This document shows, in pieces, positions 25,311 to 29,930 of a stretch of DNA of 29,930 bases. Numbering within the stretch: position 1 is the first letter of the stretch; each line of letters opens with the position of its first letter. The notes under the pieces were generated by a model that made no database searches, had not been told where the DNA came from, and worked only from the letters and a program-made list of their open reading frames with translations. Source of the DNA: a virus (Duplodnaviria; Caudoviricetes). The stretch covers positions 1 to 29,930 of the IMG/VR virus record IMGVR_UViG_3300042987_000361; one strand, written 5' to 3'. The translations under genes were made by a program, and so were the position numbers.

Positions 25311-25545
25311 ATTAAAGATGGAGCAGAAATTTAAGCTCCGTCAGATTGAAGACGCACTGCGCCACCCGGAGTCACAGAAAGAGGACATCATTACTGTCTT
25401 CATGGCTCTACAACACCAATGTTTTGTTCTAAGTAACAACGTAGTCAATCTTGTATCTAAATGGCCAACAGCAACTCCTGTGGACCCGAGTATTACCGAC
25501 GAGGCAATATTCAAGTTTGGGACTTCATCCGAGATCAAGGATTAA
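25258..25545 (+). CDS. nblA: NblA-like phycobilisome degradation adaptor
   Basis: TELKMEQKFKLRQIEDAL...IITVFMALQHQ...NLVSKW fits the NblA LxxEQxF-x-LR helix-loop-helix pattern; post-exonuclease position. Confidence 0.7.
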   Translation: MISPIKQSDLGPPPVVTELKMEQKFKLRQIEDALRHPESQKEDIITVFMALQHQCFVLSNNVVNLVSKWPTATPVDPSITDEAIFKFGTSSEIKD

Positions 25546-25784
25546 ACTTTCATCTTGGCAACGCAATTAAATACATTTGCCGTGCCGGTTACAAAGGCAT
25601 CGACGGCAAAAGCATGACAGACGCTTACATCAAAGATCTAACTAAAGCAATCCACTATCTTCAAAATGAGCTTGAGCAAGAAATCCTTCATCAGCGAACA
25701 GGCAAAGGAGTTCAGGGCTGGTTTCCAAGTGATGAACAGTACGACGCCAGCTTCACGGACTATGCAGCGGACTTTGATCGTTGA
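25461..25784 (+). CDS. DUF3310 / T7 gp1.7-like putative nucleotide kinase
   Basis: PEYY...WDFI...FHLGNAIKYICRAGYK...DLTKAIHYL. Confidence 0.8.
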   Translation: MANSNSCGPEYYRRGNIQVWDFIRDQGLNFHLGNAIKYICRAGYKGIDGKSMTDAYIKDLTKAIHYLQNELEQEILHQRTGKGVQGWFPSDEQYDASFTDYAADFDR

Positions 25785-26055
25785 GGAGTTCAAAGAGTTC
25801 CTAGATGCTGAGAATCAACTAATCATGGGACTGACTATCAACGCTGCTGACTGCCTTAAAGAGTTAGCTGATCTAGTTTATGTCTGCTATCAATACGCAG
25901 AGAACCTTAAGTGGGATCTAGATGAAGCATTGAATCGTGTTCATCAAAGCAACATGAGTAAACTTGATGAAAACGGTCAACCTATTCGACGTGGGGATGG
26001 TAAGATCCTCAAGGGACCTAACTACCAAGAACCTAAACTCACTGATCTTGTCTAA
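25666..26055 (+). CDS. mazG: MazG-like NTP pyrophosphohydrolase
   Basis: LIVEEFKEF...LKELADLVYV...VHQSNMSK...DGKILKGPNY. Confidence 0.85.
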   Translation: MSLSKKSFISEQAKEFRAGFQVMNSTTPASRTMQRTLIVEEFKEFLDAENQLIMGLTINAADCLKELADLVYVCYQYAENLKWDLDEALNRVHQSNMSKLDENGQPIRRGDGKILKGPNYQEPKLTDLV

Positions 26056-26057
26056 TA

Positions 26058-27446
26058 ATGTCTAATACCACCAAAGAACTTATCGCACGTACTGGCCGTG
26101 TACAGAGTTGGATTGATGATCCAACATCCCGTCTTCCCGTCAGTTGTACTGTCTTCGTTGTCGAAGACTCCATCGAGGGACCTAATGGCATCGAAGCATC
26201 ATGGCGTTTTGTTTCACACGCTCTACGCTACGGAGCTGGCGTGGCTGTCCATCTATCCAAACTCCGACCCAAAGGCTCTGAAAACAGCAAAGGACTTGTG
26301 GCTAGCGGCCCAGTATCCTTTGGAAAGATCTACTCAACCCTTAACGAAATCCTGAGGCGTGGTGGTGTTTATAAAAATGGGGCTGTGGTTCTACATCTGG
26401 ATCTCAACCATCCTGATGTGCTTGAGTTTATTACTGCTGACCGTGCTGACCTACCTTGGGTTAAGCGTTGCGTCAACATCAATAAACATTGGTGGAATGT
26501 CACTACTCAAGAAATACGAGAAGCACTCCTCCAAGGTATCCGTAAGGGAGACATCTGGCTGAACAAAACTAAGGTTGACAAAAATGGAAATCGAATCCGG
26601 GGTAACGTATGCCTGGAAGTCTATCTCCCAAGCCGGGGCACCTGTCTACTTCAACATGTCAACCTCGGCGGATGTGAACTCCATGACATTCAAAGTGCAT
26701 TTGTCCACGGAATGTCCCAATTGTGCTCACTTCACGGCAAAACAAATGTTGGAGAAAGCGGAGAATACCTCCCTTCAGAGACAGATCGCCAAGTCGGTCT
26801 CGGAATGCTGGGACTTGCCAACCTTCTAGCACGTTGTGGTGTCACTTACAAACAATTCGGTGAGGCACTGGATGATATTCTGAACTATCGGATGGCTCAG
26901 ACTCCTGCCCACATTCTTGCAGCTGAGATCAACGCAGGTATCCAAGCAGCAGCGCATACAGCACGTCTCAACAACATGGATCGTGCCTTTGCTATTGCCC
27001 CTACAGCAAGCTGCAGCTACCGCTATAAGGATCTGAATGGGTATACTACTTGCCCTGAGATCGCTCCTCCTATTGCCCGCCAAGTTGACCGTGACAGTGG
27101 TACATTTGGTGTCCAGAGCTTTGATTACGGTCCTGTTGAGATCGCATCTGAAGTTGGCTGGGAAGACTACAAGCGTGTAGCAGATGGCATTGTATCTCTG
27201 CTCGATAAGACGGGACTTCTTCATGGATACTCTTTTAACTCGTGGAGTGATGTGATCACTTACGATGAAGCATTCATTGAAGAGTGGCTGGATAGCCCCC
27301 AAACTTCTCTTTATTACTCCCTTCAGGTAATGGGTGATGTTCAGGACAAATCCAGCGCATATGCAGCATTGGATGAAACTGAAGTCGATGATTACCTGGA
27401 GTCTATTCTAAACGACCCTGCTCCTGATTGTAATTGCGGCGAATGA
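26058..27446 (+). CDS. nrdA: Ribonucleotide reductase alpha subunit (minimal class I, cyanopodovirus type)
   Basis: PVSC, GNVCLE (NxCxE), AIAPTAS, TSLYY radical-transfer Tyr pair, C-terminal CNC. Confidence 0.88.
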   Translation: MSNTTKELIARTGRVQSWIDDPTSRLPVSCTVFVVEDSIEGPNGIEASWRFVSHALRYGAGVAVHLSKLRPKGSENSKGLVASGPVSFGKIYSTLNEILRRGGVYKNGAVVLHLDLNHPDVLEFITADRADLPWVKRCVNINKHWWNVTTQEIREALLQGIRKGDIWLNKTKVDKNGNRIRGNVCLEVYLPSRGTCLLQHVNLGGCELHDIQSAFVHGMSQLCSLHGKTNVGESGEYLPSETDRQVGLGMLGLANLLARCGVTYKQFGEALDDILNYRMAQTPAHILAAEINAGIQAAAHTARLNNMDRAFAIAPTASCSYRYKDLNGYTTCPEIAPPIARQVDRDSGTFGVQSFDYGPVEIASEVGWEDYKRVADGIVSLLDKTGLLHGYSFNSWSDVITYDEAFIEEWLDSPQTSLYYSLQVMGDVQDKSSAYAALDETEVDDYLESILNDPAPDCNCGE

Positions 27447-28153
27447 ACCCCTACGAAAAACTACAAAGTCGAAAAAGGAAGTGGTCTCCTGTACAGACCA
27501 CAGCTGGCAAGCTTGCTGAGGGTGCGGAAGAAACTATCTTTCGTGCTCTTGCTATGCGTCATATGGAACTACCTGTAGGTGACTTTATTGAAGCATCGCT
27601 TTCTGAAATTCCAGTACTATCGCAAGACCTACTCCGATCTAATATCAAAGACGAAGAAAACCACGACTTGGCTCTCGGTTACATCGCCAATGCTCTCGGT
27701 GTTGATCCTAAAGCTGAAGCGGAAGCCAAGCGAATCAGAGAAGCGTGGATTGCGCATCCTGATCACACGGTCCTCAAAGCACTGGTTGCCGAACGTGCGC
27801 TTTTCTTCGTTCTACTCCCGTTCTTTCGATTTAATGGTGATGCTGGTCTCAGGACCGTATCCGCTGACATCAGCCGAGATGAGCAAGTCCATGTGGCTGC
27901 CAACTCTCTTGTCTGCAGGGAACTTGGATATGAACCATCTCCATCTCTCGACAAGCTCAGGAAAGCGACGATCAATTGGGTTATGACGCCTTTGAAATCG
28001 TCCACTAACAAATATTTGGACAAAAAATTTTGGCTGGATGCAAGTGATCGCCTGATGTACGAAGGTAAGGCTCCTGAACTTTCTGACACGAAACGAGCAC
28101 GTATGCCTGCCTTCTTTGAACATGCAAACCCCAATCTCCCTCAATACGCTTGA
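27443..28153 (+). CDS. nrdB: Ribonucleotide reductase beta subunit (ferritin-like)
   Basis: ATGA overlap; dimetal ligands in MELP, DEENH, AER, DEQVH. Confidence 0.8.
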   Translation: MNPYEKLQSRKRKWSPVQTTAGKLAEGAEETIFRALAMRHMELPVGDFIEASLSEIPVLSQDLLRSNIKDEENHDLALGYIANALGVDPKAEAEAKRIREAWIAHPDHTVLKALVAERALFFVLLPFFRFNGDAGLRTVSADISRDEQVHVAANSLVCRELGYEPSPSLDKLRKATINWVMTPLKSSTNKYLDKKFWLDASDRLMYEGKAPELSDTKRARMPAFFEHANPNLPQYA

Positions 28154-28319
28154 AACATCTGGCCTTCAACTGAGGGCCATCCTTAATGAACTTGAGGAGA
28201 ACTTTCCGCCAACTAATCCCCACCCGGATGACTCACACTCATTAATTATGTATCGCTCTGGCCAGCGATCCGTAGTAGAGTGGATTAACTATCGTTTATC
28301 CGACGACTATAATGGCTAA
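28122..28319 (+). CDS. Conserved hypothetical protein (T7 gp6.5-like position)
   Basis: LEENFPP...IMYRSGQRSVVEWI pattern typical of pre-portal genes of T7-like phages. Confidence 0.7.
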   Translation: MQTPISLNTLETSGLQLRAILNELEENFPPTNPHPDDSHSLIMYRSGQRSVVEWINYRLSDDYNG

Positions 28320-28764
28320 ATCTAAATCACCGTTTTCTATTGAAAACCTAACAAAGCGGCCTCTTGCTCCCTCTTTAATTTCCACCCCAAGAAAGAAAAA
28401 TACTTTTGGTGACTCGCTTCTGTCAGCACTGCAAGCACTGAAGGTACAACCACAAGCGGCTAGTCTCCCAACGTTTAAGCTTGACAAGCCAACCAAACCC
28501 CTCACCACTGCTACTGCTAAACCAGTAGCGCCAACGTATCTAGACACAGGTGACACATCTGCAATAGACTCTACAGGCTCATCCATCACTGACCCTACTG
28601 TTACTGCTCAGCTTCCTACTGTTGTTGAAGATGTAGGGGCCACTGCTACTGGGTTTAGGACTAAAAAATCAAGCCGTAAAATGGCTAAAAGTGGTGCTCA
28701 GGGATATGGGTCAATGAAAATCAGTACAAATACTCCATTCGCTAGTACTATTAATCTTGGATAA
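28312..28764 (+). CDS. Putative virion assembly protein (gp6.7/gp7.3-like position)
   Basis: Low-complexity Thr/Pro/Lys protein immediately before the portal. Confidence 0.6.
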   Translation: MAKSKSPFSIENLTKRPLAPSLISTPRKKNTFGDSLLSALQALKVQPQAASLPTFKLDKPTKPLTTATAKPVAPTYLDTGDTSAIDSTGSSITDPTVTAQLPTVVEDVGATATGFRTKKSSRKMAKSGAQGYGSMKISTNTPFASTINLG

Positions 28765-28768
28765 TTAA

Positions 28769-29929
28769 ATGACCGCAAAAACAAGATACGATTATCTAAC
28801 TAAATATCGTACTTCGTTTCTAGACACAGCCGTTCAGTGCTCTAAGCTTACGCTCCCTACACTTCTTCATGATGATGATGACATTGGGCGTAGCGTACGG
28901 GCAAGGTTGATTACACCATGGCAGTCAGTCGGTGCCAAAGGAGTTGTTACACTTGCATCAAAATTGATGCTTGCTCTTCTACCTCCACAAACCAGCTTCT
29001 TTAAGCTACAAATCGACGACTCAAAAGTAGGTGTAGATCTTCCGCCTGAAGCACGTTCTGATCTTGACCTTTCATTTGCAAAGCTTGAAAGATCAGTAAT
29101 GGAAATTATTGCAGCATCCAGTGATCGCGTTACCGTACACCAAGCTCTTAAGCATCTGGTAGTAGGTGGTAATGCTTTGATCTACATGGGACCTAAGGGT
29201 TTGAAGCTGTATCCATTGAATAGGTATGTCGTAGATCGAGATGGTAACGGTGAGGTGCTAGAAATCGTAACCAAAGAACGGATTAGTCGAAAACTTCTAT
29301 CTCCAGTAATTAACAACATCCAACCTGTTAATTCTCCAGGAGAAGATGGATCTGATAGTGAAGAAGATGTAGATGTGTACACACATGTGCGTCGTGACAA
29401 CAATAGATTCATTTGGCACCAAGAAGTATTCGATAAAATCATTCCAGGTTCTCAAGGTAAGGCACCACTGGATGCAAACCCTTGGTTAACCTTGAGGTTT
29501 AATGTTGTAGATGGTGAGCCTTATGGCCGTGGTAGAGTAGAAGAGTTCCTAGGAGATCTGCGTTCTCTGGAAGCTCTAATGCAAGCGCTCGTAGAGGGCT
29601 CTGCAGTCGCTGCTAAGGTCATCTTCACTGTCTCTCCTAGCTCTACTACCAAGCCCCAATCCCTCGCTGCTGCGGGGAACGGAGCCATCATTCAGGGCCG
29701 TCCTGATGACATCGCTGCTATCACTGTTGGTAAAACAGCAGACTTCCGTACTGCTATGGAAATGGCTAGCGTACTAGAACGGCGTTTGAGTGAAGCATTC
29801 CTTATTCTTAATGTTCGAGATAGTGAGCGTACTACTGCTGAAGAAGTACGTATGACTCAAATGGAACTAGAACAACAATTAGGTGGATTGTTTTCCCTAT
29901 TGACTGTTGAGTTCCTTGTACCTTATCTA
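28769..29929 (+). CDS. Portal / head-tail connector (gp8-like); 3'-partial, not in ORF track
   Basis: MTAKTRYDYL...TPWQSVGAKGVVTLASKLMLALLPPQTSFFKL...YGRGRVEEFLGDL...RDSERTTAEEVR; open to window end. Confidence 0.97.
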   Translation, partial: MTAKTRYDYLTKYRTSFLDTAVQCSKLTLPTLLHDDDDIGRSVRARLITPWQSVGAKGVVTLASKLMLALLPPQTSFFKLQIDDSKVGVDLPPEARSDLDLSFAKLERSVMEIIAASSDRVTVHQALKHLVVGGNALIYMGPKGLKLYPLNRYVVDRDGNGEVLEIVTKERISRKLLSPVINNIQPVNSPGEDGSDSEEDVDVYTHVRRDNNRFIWHQEVFDKIIPGSQGKAPLDANPWLTLRFNVVDGEPYGRGRVEEFLGDLRSLEALMQALVEGSAVAAKVIFTVSPSSTTKPQSLAAAGNGAIIQGRPDDIAAITVGKTADFRTAMEMASVLERRLSEAFLILNVRDSERTTAEEVRMTQMELEQQLGGLFSLLTVEFLVPYL

Positions 29930-29930
29930 A

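Noticed and set aside
26058-27446. Class II (NrdJ) assignment based on small size
   Set aside because: YY pair and a coupled ferritin-like beta gene indicate class I
167-29442. All minus-strand ORFs and short alternative-frame plus-strand ORFs in the track
   Set aside because: They shadow well-supported + strand genes and show no recognisable motifs; T7-like genomes are unidirectional

Overview
The whole window is a T7-like cyanopodovirus (Autographiviridae-type) genome, probably from a phycobilisome-containing Synechococcus/Cyanobium-type host. All credible genes are on the + strand. The window reads through the genome-end junction. Late genes occupy 1-13.7 kb: internal virion protein, tail fibre, lysis genes, TerS, HNH-fold proteins, a sulfotransferase, TerL and thyX. 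A structured non-coding end/left-end region (about 13.7-14.6 kb) holds a host sigma70 promoter. Then come about 10 small early genes, the single-subunit RNA polymerase, SSB, endonuclease I, primase-helicase, a split DNA polymerase, exonuclease, NblA-like, DUF3310, MazG, a two-subunit class I RNR, and the start of the portal gene. Best leads: (1) an early protein fusing a cyanobacterial AbrB N-terminal domain to an acidic ArdA-like domain; (2) a co-oriented TCACACTCAT motif present 7 times, a candidate phage RNAP promoter; (3) a DNA polymerase split by a -1 frame change; (4) a structured early leader with a boxA-like element; (5) an AHH/HNH-like protein with histone-H1-like KPAA repeats; (6) a hairpin array after terL. 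All family calls come from motif recognition by eye, not database searches.
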